28,047 nt of DNA from Planctomycetota bacterium (GTDB lineage Bacteria > Planctomycetota > UBA8108 > UBA1146): positions 1-28,047 of the forward strand of contig JAYZBV010000062.1 in assembly GCA_036338595.1 (NCBI GenBank), written 5' to 3'. Positions within the stretch are counted from its first letter, which is position 1, and every line of letters begins with the position of its first letter. Shown here in pieces: positions 8,538 through 16,809 of this stretch. Below the pieces are notes generated by a model that saw nothing but the letters and a program-made list of their open reading frames with translations, did not search any database and had not been told where the DNA came from. Position numbers and translations under genes: made by a program.

Positions 8538-11500
8538 TCAGGGGCAGTGCTGGTAGAGTTCACACACCAGTGAATCCTCTGTCGGATCCAGCCCACAGGT
8601 ATCAAAGGGAGGCGGAGGAGGCGGTCCACCCTGGAACAAGGTATTGAAGTGGTGAATCGCATCCGAGATGTCTATGTTTCCACTGTCATTGCAATCGAGT
8701 GCATCATGGCAGTCTGATGTAGTCCCGAGGAAGATGTACCCGATGATCACGATGGCGTCAGAGATATCCACTGCGCCGTCATCATTGGCATCCCCTCGAA
8801 CGAAATCGGAGAAACACTCCTCCACGATGACGGTAAAGCTACCAGAGGAACTGTTTCCAGATGCATCGGTGGCGGTCACCAATACCTCGGTCACTCCGAC
8901 CGGGAACTCACCTCCCGATGGTACGGAAGAAGTGATCGTTCCTCCCGAACAGTTATCGATGAACTCCAGCGGAGCCCAGGTCACGGAAGCAGTACATGTA
9001 CTCGGTGCCGGCGTGGCGATGATGGTGCCTGGGAGGTTCACGATCTGTGGGAACTCTTCATCATTGATAACGAGCAGCATTTCTGATGTCGCAGAGTTTC
9101 CATGGACATCTGTGGCGGTGAAGGTGATCTGGGTCTCCCCGATACCGAAAAATGTGCCGGATACAGCACTCACGTCTGTCGATGCCACGCCACAGTTATC
9201 CTCGACAAGAGGAGCTACCCAGAACACTGTCGCTCCGCATTGACCGGAGTCTGTTGAAACGGTCATCAAGGGAGCCACACCCGAGATGGTGGGATCCTCT
9301 TGATCGTTGACCGTGATGTTGAAGGACGCTTGAGACTGGTTGCCGTGAATATCAACCGCAGTGAGAGTCACCACGGTATCCCCAGGTGCCAGGAACGATC
9401 CGCTCAGTAATGAACTGACCACGGAGTCGAGGTCGCTACAATCCGTAACCAGTGGTTCTTCCCACGAGACCAGTGCCCCACAGGCTCCCGGATCATTGCT
9501 GAAGACGAGATCGCTCGGAACCAATGAGATGGTCGGCGACTCAACATCTTGAACCGTGATCGTGAAGGACTGTGTGCCAGTATTCCCCTGATCGTCTGTC
9601 GCCGTGTAACTCACGGTATGCAAGCCGATGGGAAACTGGCTATCCGGTGTGGCAGAACTCTCCAGTGTTACCGTCGAGCAATCCGTGGCCGTCGGAGGCA
9701 CCCAGTTGACCAGCGCAGTGCAACTTCCAATGGGAGCATCGACGACGATGTCCGATGGCATCCCATCGAGAGTCGGCGCCTGGGCATCGATTATGGTGAT
9801 CTGCGTGACCATGCTGGCACTGTTACCGGATTCATCCGTCGCGGTGTGGGTCACTTCCGTGAGGCCGATCGGAAGCTGTGAACCCGGGGAATGGCTGCTG
9901 GTGGCAGTTGCGCTTCCGCACAGATCTCCTGCCAGTGCTGGATCCCATGTAGCCGTTCCGACGCACAGTCCCGGTGTCGTATCAAAGGTCAGTTGCGAGG
10001 CAACATTGGTGAAGAATGGCGCTTCAGTATCGAGGATCGTGACATCGAAGCTCGCTTGACTGGTGTTTCCTGCTGCATCGACTGCGGTGTAGGTCACCAG
10101 GGTGGTCCCGACCTGGAAGATGCTTCCACTGGTCGAATCTCCGGTCATCGCCACGCTTGAACAGTCAGTGGCGATCGGAACCGTCCAGATTGCAACCGCT
10201 GAACACTGCCCAGGGCTGTTGTCCAGGACAAGCGATGCAGGCACCTGGCTGATCGTTGGCGGACCCGCATCGAGCACGGTCACCTCGAAAGTGGCAGTGG
10301 AAGAGTTGCCCGCACCATCGGTCGCGAGGACCGTCACCGTCGTGGTACCGATGGGGAACTCCGATCCACTTGCGTGATCCGTTCCCAGCGAAGAAATCCC
10401 GGTGCAATCACTCGCTGTGGAGCTACCCCATGTTGCGATTCCTGTACAAGCTCCTGGTGACGAATCCAGGGTGATGTCGGCGGGAATGGTGTCGATCTGC
10501 GGCGATTCCACATCCAGAACTGTGACCGTGAAGCTGGCCGATGAGCTGTTACCCGCTGGATCGATGGCACTGTAGATGACTACCGTATCGCCGATCGGGA
10601 ACGATGCTCCGCTGGAAATATTGCTGCTCATCAGATGGGATACGCAGTCGAACCCTGTCGGTTCTTCCCAGCTGGCAGTCGCCTCACAGGCACCTGCTGG
10701 AGCTTCCAGGACGATGTCCGCTGGCATGTTCTCGATCAATGGGGCATCGATATCGAGAACCGTGATATCGAAGCTGGTCAGGGTCTGGTTCCCATTGGTG
10801 TCGGTCGCCGTGTACACCACTGTGGTGACCCCGACGAGGAACTGGGAGCCGCTGGGGAAGTTGGTTTCAAGAGCGCTGAAGGTGCAATCCGTCGTCGTCG
10901 GTTCCGTCCATACAACCATCACACCGCAACTTCCTGCACCGTTATTGACCGTGATGTCCGCGGGAGTTCCGGATACCTGAGGAAGTTCTCCATCGAGGAT
11001 GGTCACCAGGATGCTATCTGAAGATGAGTTTCCGTGATCATCCGTGAAGGTGAAGTTGACGATGTGATTGCCGATCGGGAGTGTGCCTCCATTGGTCAAG
11101 TCGGATGTCATCGTGAAAGCAGAGCAATCGCTCGCCGCTGGCAGTGTCCATGTCGCCGCTGCTTCGCACGAATCGCTCGCCGTCGTGACAAACACGTCCT
11201 GGGGCATCAGTTCAATCGTGGGTGGCGTCGAATCGACCACCACCACCGTGAACGTGCTGACGATCTGGTTGAGCGCATCATCCTGACAGGTGTAAGAGAC
11301 CAGCGTTTCACCGATGGGAAACAAATCACCCTGTTGATGCGAGGAAGTTACGGATGGAATTGCCGTACAGTTGTCAGCGAACACCGGGCTATCCCATACA
11401 CCAGGAAGTTCGCAGGCACCTGTAGGATTTTCTATCACCACCTGGGTCGGCGGTCCCGACAATTGAATCGGATTCTCGGAATCAGTGACCACCACCGAGA

Positions 11501-14500
11501 AAGTGGCATTGGTGCTGTTGTTGGCCTGGTCGGTAGCCGTTGCAGTGATAACAGTCGTACCGAGCGGGAAGGAGGATCCAGGGATATGGCTGTAGGAGAT
11601 CGTCACCGCTGAGCAATGATCATCGGCAGTCGCCTCTGCCCAGGTCATCGTTGCAGCACAAGTGCCTGGTGCAGTGTCTGCTGTGAGCCCGGATGGAGTC
11701 GATGTGATCTGAGGCGCAATCTCGTCCACAACAGTGACAGTGAAAGATCCCGTCGATTGGTTTCCTGTCGGATCAGTGGCAGTGTAGGTCACCACCGTGT
11801 CACCGAGAGAAAATTCTGACCCGCTGGCATGAGTAGAACTCAGTGTCGCTGAGTCGCAATCCTGAGTCGTGGGCTCGGACCATGTGGAGATAGCAGAGCA
11901 GGCACTTGCATCCGTCCCAACCGACCTATCCAGGGGTAAAGAGAGGATCTGAGGGAGTTCGATGTCAGTTACGTTGACATTGAATGAGAGGATCGCTGTA
12001 TTTCCTGCATCATCGGTACAGGTGTAGGTCACCGTGCTCGTACCCATGTTGAAAGTAGTGCCTGAGACATGGCTCGATGTGAGAGAGACCGCACCGCAAA
12101 GATCTACTGCTGTGGGTTCTGTCCATGTGGCAATCGCTGTACACAAGCCTGCTTCCGACGAGAGTTGGATGTCGGCGTGGGTGGAAGTGAATGTGGGTGA
12201 TTCCTGATCGAACACGGTGATGGTGAAACTCTGTGAGCTTTCATTGAGCGCCGAATCGGTGCTTGTGTATGTCACGACGGTATCACCGATGGGGAACACA
12301 TCCCCGGGATTGTGGCTGACCTGAAAAGTCGCCGGCTCACAGTGATCGAGGACGGTCGGATGATCCCAGAAGATCGAGGCGTCACAATTCCCCGGCAAAC
12401 AGGGAGCGGACTGGTCGAGCGGCATATTGAAGAAACCCGGAGCTTCGGTATCGCTGACATTGATGTCGAAGGTCTGCGTCGCCACATTCCCGCTATCATC
12501 TGTTGCGGTGTAGGTCACCGTCGTCGTCCCCAGAGCGAAGAACTCTCCTGGAGCATGGCTCTGGATTGTCGTGGGTGGCGTGCAATCATCCGTGGCCACC
12601 GGCTCGGTCCAGAACACCTGAGCGGAGCAGAGCCCCAACGATGTTCCAACATCGAGATTTGCTGGAGCAGTATCAAATACTGGCGGGCTGGCATCGCTGA
12701 CCGTGACAAGAAATGTATGGAGCGTCGTGTTCAGGGAGTCATCGACGGCAGTGTATGTCACTGCAATGACTCCAATTGGAAGCACTGCACCTGGGTCCAC
12801 GGTTGACGATAGGGCTGAAGCCCCACAGTCATCGATCACCGTAGGGGGAGCCCAGTTTGCGATCGCAGTACATTCTCCTGGATCAGTCACCAGGGTGAGA
12901 TCAGCCGGTGGATTGACGAGAGTGGGTGGAATTCCATCGGTCACCGATACCGAGAAAGTCATCGTGGTCGATTTTCCATGGATATCGGTAGCGACGTAGG
13001 AGACTTGCTGAACACCAATCGGGAAGACCGAGCCAGACACATGGGAAGATGTCAGTGTCACGGAAGTGCAATCAATGGCAACGGGCTCTTCCCAGGTCAC
13101 CACTGCTTCGCAGGCTAGCGAAGATGTGACCACTTCGACCAATCCCGGAGAACTGACGAACTGGGGGAAGTCGTTGTCCAGCACGGTGACCGAGAAACTC
13201 TCTATCGTCTCATTTCCAGAAGGGTCCGATGCGGTGTAAGTGACCGTTGTGGTACCCACACCGAAGGTTGACGGGGGGTCAAAACTGCTATTCACCGCCG
13301 TCACTCCACAACTATCCGTCACGATCGGCGCTGGCCAGTCCACCGTCACTCCACACTGTCCCGCCAGTGGCGTTAGCGTCAAGTCAGTGGGCAGACCGCT
13401 GATGACAGGCGGGACTTCATCGATCAGAGAGATTTGAAAGCTCATCTGAGATGAGTTCCCGGCACTGTCGACTGCGGAGTAGGTCACTGTTCTACCCGCG
13501 GGGGTAATCAGCGCAGGCGAGGGGGGATTCGAGATCATGGTCACGCTCGAGCAATCAGTGACCAGGGGGTCACTCCAGGACGCTCCCGCTGAGCATCCCG
13601 CTCCAACTGGATTGACCGTTATATCTGGAAGTTGTTCCATCACAGGAGCAGTTCCATCGACCACGGTCACCACGAAACTCTGAGAAATCGAGTTGCCCGA
13701 ACCATCCGTCGCCGTAGCCGTCACCGTGGTGGCTCCCAGCGGGAATATATGGCCCTGGGGGAAATCAGTGGTGACAGCGGGGAATGAGCAGTTATTCGCA
13801 TCGAGCGCAAACGGTGCCGGCCATGAGACACTTCGTTCGCAGGTATTCGCATCAGCACTAGATGTGATGTTTCCTGGAACCGAGATGAAAAATGGGGGAT
13901 CTGGTTCCAGAATAGTCACCAGAAAGCTCAACTCACTTACATTCCCTACATCATCGGTAGCCGTGTAGGTGACTGTGGTCGAGCCAGAGAGAAACAGGTC
14001 ACCAGAAGCATGGCTTCCAACCAGAGAGACTGCAGAACATTCATCTGTAGCACTCGGTGGAGTCCAGGTTACTGCAGACTCGCACTCCCCACTGGGAATG
14101 TTGATGGTGATGTCCGTTGGCATTCCAGTGATCACAGGAGCCAGCGTGTCGTAGGCGATGCCAGCCAGAGCATCACAACTATCAGGGATCAAGTTTCCGT
14201 TACAGTCAGATTCGGTTCCTGCGACGATCTCGCAACTATCCACCAGATTGTTGCCGTTGCAATCGAGACCACCTGAACTGATATCGCAACTGTCTGGTAC
14301 TCCATTGGCATTGCAGTCGACCGCTGCGCCCTGAGCAATCTCACAAGGGTCAAGGATGCTATTTCCGTTACAGTCCATCGTTCCGGTTGCAAAATCACAA
14401 CTATCCGGAATGCCATTGCCGTTGCAGTCCGGCAACCCCCCCGCCATGTCGCAACTATCCAGAACCCCGTTTGAGTTGCAATCGGTGAAAAGGAGAGTGC

Positions 14501-15581
14501 CAAGAAAACGTGCTCCTGATGTTGTAGCGACGAGCGCTGTGCCTCCTGACAGTGACAAGATGCTAGATCCCGTCCCTGCTGGAATCGGCACACACGGTTC
14601 GAGTGCACTGAAACTCTCGATCAGGAAACCAGAATCCCAGCCAGAAGCCGACCTTGAGAATAACTTCAGCCCACAAGTGGTCGTGACCAGCGCCCTGGCT
14701 CCAGAAATCTCCATCGGTCCATCGACAGCTTCAGAAAAAATCAGCGCCGTCTCGGGAGCCCAGCCTCCTGGACCACGGAGGAACACATTGGCTCCCAGTG
14801 GCGAAGGCAACAACAAGCGCAATTCTCCAGCAGATTGATCGAGACTGAGATGGGTACCGGAGGCGACGGCAAGAGGATGCGTTGCATCCAGGCTCCACTG
14901 GTTCAGCGCCAGTCCCTGGTACTCGAAGGTCAACACCTGTCCGGCTGTCGGAGCAGAGATGCTCACATAACCGCCGCTCATCGAAATCTCGGTACCAAAT
15001 GCGTCTCCGGGTACTCCCAGCACGGTTCCAGCGGGAATCCATGTCGGCGCACCACCGCCATCGAAAACTCGAGTGTAGAAGTATGTCTCATCTGTGCCCG
15101 GAGAGCCTACAGCAAGTAAATCTCCTGAGTGTCCCACTGCAGAACCCCAACCAGGGTCAGCAGAGCCAGAGATGGCCCCATCGATGACCGTGTCCAGGGT
15201 CCAGGAGATCCCGTCATGGAGATGGAGCTGGACTTCTCCAGAGAGACCTAACACCAGATCTGAGCCCTCGAGTCCAATCGAGAGCAAGGTTGCTCCTGCC
15301 AGATCGATGCTTTGTTCCAGCAACCAGCTTCCGGTGGTGCGATCAAACAGTTCGACGCTGGATCCATCGCTGGAAACCGCGCGTTGACCATCGATCACTG
15401 CAAAGCTAGTAGATGATGCGACCCCGAGGAGTTCGGAGTCGATGACGCACTGAGCCCAAACATGGCCAGGAAGGCCAGCGGCGAAGGCAGTGAGCAGCAA
15501 GAGAGTTCGCAACACCGTTGTGAAACTCGCAGCGAAACGAGCACACCTAACACCCCTACGGGTTGTAGATTCATGAGACAT
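8538..15581 (-). CDS. Giant secreted adhesin-like protein: FG-GAP-like propeller, 6 DCNxNG repeats, 22 HYR domains, C-terminal dockerin-like domain
   Basis: ATG 15581 is 7 nt after GGGGAG (ORF track extends to TTG 15596); signal peptide ending VWA-QC; WGSAVGHSGDLLAVGSPG and FGTEISMSGGYVSISAP blades; HYR consensus DxxxPxxxxxPxD...W..P.A.D.C...G..FP.G.T.VTYTATD..GN....F.VTV; tail FVRGDANDDGAVDISD...DCNDSGNIDISD. Confidence 0.92.
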   Translation of the reverse strand: MSHESTTRRGVRCARFAASFTTVLRTLLLLTAFAAGLPGHVWAQCVIDSELLGVASSTSFAVIDGQRAVSSDGSSVELFDRTTGSWLLEQSIDLAGATLLSIGLEGSDLVLGLSGEVQLHLHDGISWTLDTVIDGAISGSADPGWGSAVGHSGDLLAVGSPGTDETYFYTRVFDGGGAPTWIPAGTVLGVPGDAFGTEISMSGGYVSISAPTAGQVLTFEYQGLALNQWSLDATHPLAVASGTHLSLDQSAGELRLLLPSPLGANVFLRGPGGWAPETALIFSEAVDGPMEISGARALVTTTCGLKLFSRSASGWDSGFLIESFSALEPCVPIPAGTGSSILSLSGGTALVATTSGARFLGTLLFTDCNSNGVLDSCDMAGGLPDCNGNGIPDSCDFATGTMDCNGNSILDPCEIAQGAAVDCNANGVPDSCDISSGGLDCNGNNLVDSCEIVAGTESDCNGNLIPDSCDALAGIAYDTLAPVITGMPTDITINIPSGECESAVTWTPPSATDECSAVSLVGSHASGDLFLSGSTTVTYTATDDVGNVSELSFLVTILEPDPPFFISVPGNITSSADANTCERSVSWPAPFALDANNCSFPAVTTDFPQGHIFPLGATTVTATATDGSGNSISQSFVVTVVDGTAPVMEQLPDITVNPVGAGCSAGASWSDPLVTDCSSVTMISNPPSPALITPAGRTVTYSAVDSAGNSSQMSFQISLIDEVPPVISGLPTDLTLTPLAGQCGVTVDWPAPIVTDSCGVTAVNSSFDPPSTFGVGTTTVTYTASDPSGNETIESFSVTVLDNDFPQFVSSPGLVEVVTSSLACEAVVTWEEPVAIDCTSVTLTSSHVSGSVFPIGVQQVSYVATDIHGKSTTMTFSVSVTDGIPPTLVNPPADLTLVTDPGECTAIANWAPPTVIDDCGASALSSTVDPGAVLPIGVIAVTYTAVDDSLNTTLHTFLVTVSDASPPVFDTAPANLDVGTSLGLCSAQVFWTEPVATDDCTPPTTIQSHAPGEFFALGTTTVTYTATDDSGNVATQTFDINVSDTEAPGFFNMPLDQSAPCLPGNCDASIFWDHPTVLDHCEPATFQVSHNPGDVFPIGDTVVTYTSTDSALNESSQSFTITVFDQESPTFTSTHADIQLSSEAGLCTAIATWTEPTAVDLCGAVSLTSSHVSGTTFNMGTSTVTYTCTDDAGNTAILSFNVNVTDIELPQILSLPLDRSVGTDASACSAISTWSEPTTQDCDSATLSSTHASGSEFSLGDTVVTYTATDPTGNQSTGSFTVTVVDEIAPQITSTPSGLTADTAPGTCAATMTWAEATADDHCSAVTISYSHIPGSSFPLGTTVITATATDQANNSTNATFSVVVTDSENPIQLSGPPTQVVIENPTGACELPGVWDSPVFADNCTAIPSVTSSHQQGDLFPIGETLVSYTCQDDALNQIVSTFTVVVVDSTPPTIELMPQDVFVTTASDSCEAAATWTLPAASDCSAFTMTSDLTNGGTLPIGNHIVNFTFTDDHGNSSSDSILVTILDGELPQVSGTPADITVNNGAGSCGVMVVWTEPTTTDCTFSALETNFPSGSQFLVGVTTVVYTATDTNGNQTLTSFDITVLDIDAPLIENMPADIVLEAPAGACEATASWEEPTGFDCVSHLMSSNISSGASFPIGDTVVIYSAIDPAGNSSSASFTVTVLDVESPQIDTIPADITLDSSPGACTGIATWGSSTASDCTGISSLGTDHASGSEFPIGTTTVTVLATDGAGNSSTATFEVTVLDAGPPTISQVPASLVLDNSPGQCSAVAIWTVPIATDCSSVAMTGDSTSGSIFQVGTTLVTYTAVDAAGNTSQASFDVTILDTEAPFFTNVASQLTFDTTPGLCVGTATWDPALAGDLCGSATATSSHSPGSQLPIGLTEVTHTATDESGNSASMVTQITIIDAQAPTLDGMPSDIVVDAPIGSCTALVNWVPPTATDCSTVTLESSATPDSQFPIGLHTVSYTATDDQGNTGTQSFTITVQDVESPTISLVPSDLVFSNDPGACGALVSWEEPLVTDCSDLDSVVSSLLSGSFLAPGDTVVTLTAVDIHGNQSQASFNITVNDQEDPTISGVAPLMTVSTDSGQCGATVFWVAPLVEDNCGVASTDVSAVSGTFFGIGETQITFTATDVHGNSATSEMLLVINDEEFPQIVNLPGTIIATPAPSTCTASVTWAPLEFIDNCSGGTITSSVPSGGEFPVGVTEVLVTATDASGNSSSGSFTVIVEECFSDFVRGDANDDGAVDISDAIVIIGYIFLGTTSDCHDALDCNDSGNIDISDAIHHFNTLFQGGPPPPPPFDTCGLDPTEDSLVCELYQHCP
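8823..14150 (-). repeat. Protein-level tandem array of 22 HYR domains (~81 aa each)
   Basis: Counted manually from DTLAPVITG to SFTVIV; each unit keeps a C-x5/6-W and a D-(x)-C cysteine; units are strongly diverged at DNA level. Confidence 0.88.
14151..14483 (-). repeat. Six 18-19-aa DCNxNGxxDxC repeats (Asp/Cys-rich, probably Ca-binding)
   Basis: DCNSNGVLDSCD, DCNGNGIPDSCD, DCNGNSILDPCE, DCNANGVPDSCD, DCNGNNLVDSCE, DCNGNLIPDSCD. Confidence 0.88.
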
Positions 15582-15834
15582 CGATTTTCTCCCCAAACAC
15601 TGTTCCTTGTCGGTATAAAGTCACCAGCGGCATCCAATGTATTGATTTGTATTGAATCAGCAACTCTCGGGGGCGATTGTCAGAAAGTAGAGTGTTGTCA
15701 TTGAAGAGTCCTTATTGGTCGATTAGTTCCAAAATTTGGCGGCTCTTCAATGCTGCTCTCGACCGGGAAGTGAGAAGCGGCTAGGCTGCGCCGCTTCCCT
15801 CGATCGTGACCAGGGAGTGATCATTGAGAGGACT

Positions 15835-15908
15835 GTCCCCGTAGCTCAGCTGGATAGAGCATCGGATTCCTAATCCGGAGGTCGCAGGTTCGAATCCTGC
15901 CGGGGACG
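15835..15908 (+). tRNA. tRNA-Arg(CCT)
   Basis: Acceptor GTCCCCG/CGGGGAC, D arm GCTC-AGCTGGATA-GAGC, anticodon arm TCGGA-TTCCTAA-TCCGG (CCT at 15869-15871), T arm GCAGG-TTCGAAT-CCTGC; discriminator G, CCA not encoded. Confidence 0.97.
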
Positions 15909-16155
15909 CTTTCACGGATTGAGTTCGATGAGTGACCCGATCCCCGGTTCACCACGCGCCTCAGGCAACTGCTCCGAGTCTCCAATTATTGCCGGGTTTG
16001 TGCTGCTGGAACTGACTTTCTAGTACCAATATCGATATCCGAGTGAGACCGATCTGTGAATTGGCGTTAGAATTCTGGTGTGCTTGAAACAGCTCCTCCA
16101 GCCGCCTCGGCCCACTGTGACGCGCCCGTAGCGATGGCGACCCACTCCCTGCACT

Positions 16156-16184
16156 TTGTCATTTGCCCTGCATCCTGGTAGGAT
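16156..16184 (+). promoter_or_regulatory. Putative sigma70 promoter with extended -10, predicting a leaderless mRNA starting at ATG 16192
   Basis: TTGTCA (16156-16161) - 17 nt - TAGGAT (16179-16184) with TG at 16176-16177; seven nt separate the -10 box from the A of ATG 16192. Confidence 0.65.
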
Positions 16185-16191
16185 TTTCATC

Positions 16192-16701
16192 ATGTTCAGA
16201 AATGCACTGCTGACGATCGGCCTCCTGTGGTTCTCCCTTGCACCCACCTTGTGTGCTGCAGGAGTCTTGCCGCATGCCTGCGCGTCTTTCCTCTTCCTGG
16301 GCAGTGAACATAGTTGCGCGGAAGGGGAGAGTGACCATTTTGAGGATCACTGTTCTCAAGAATGTGAAGACGACCGTTTCTCCCACGACGAATTCTCCCA
16401 CGACAGTTCCTCACACATTTCCTGTTCGCATGATGACCTGGTCTGTATTCATGATGGCTGCTCACATGACGCTTGCTCACATGACGCCTGCGTCAACGAC
16501 CCTTATCTGGTGAGAGACCTGGCCCAGAAGGACAGGACCTGGGACTTTCAATCCAGCGGCCAGGACTCTCTCGTCGGTCCTGGTGCCTCGAAAGTTCATT
16601 CGTATTTCATCAACAGTCCCCGACCCTGTGTCCATCTCAGAGGGCCGGTCGCTGGCAAGAACATCCCCTACCACGTCACCGATATCCCGCTGCTCGCCTG
16701 A
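16192..16701 (+). CDS. Small exported His/Cys/Asp-rich putative metal-binding protein (CzcI- or DUF2946-like position upstream of the efflux operon)
   Basis: 169 aa from ATG 16192: hydrophobic signal-like N-terminus, centre HSC...HFEDHCSQEC...FSHDEFSHDSSSHISCSHDDLVCIHDGCSHDACSHDAC, Pro-rich tail; co-oriented and 108 nt upstream of the TolC-family gene. Confidence 0.75.
   Translation: MFRNALLTIGLLWFSLAPTLCAAGVLPHACASFLFLGSEHSCAEGESDHFEDHCSQECEDDRFSHDEFSHDSSSHISCSHDDLVCIHDGCSHDACSHDACVNDPYLVRDLAQKDRTWDFQSSGQDSLVGPGASKVHSYFINSPRPCVHLRGPVAGKNIPYHVTDIPLLA
16378..16491 (+). repeat. Degenerate 15-nt in-frame tandem repeat encoding (F/C/S)SHDx pentapeptides
   Basis: TTCTCCCACGACGAA TTCTCCCACGACAGT TCCTCACACATTTCC TGTTCGCATGATGAC ... 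TGTATTCATGATGGC TGCTCACATGACGCT TGCTCACATGACGCC. Confidence 0.85.
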
Positions 16702-16809
16702 TTTCTCACTCGATCCCCAACGCAATCCCCGCTGGCGCCATCCGTTGACTACTGGTCACGGACAAGCGCGAGCCGTGTTTCGGAATAGAGCCAGAAATCA
16801 GAGGACCGA

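Noticed and set aside
8668..15387. Many plus-strand ORFs opposite the HYR gene; idea of a DGR target or recent DNA amplification
   Set aside because: Antisense shadows of Thr/Val/Asp-rich codons; units are too diverged at DNA level and there is no reverse transcriptase or template/variable repeat pair.
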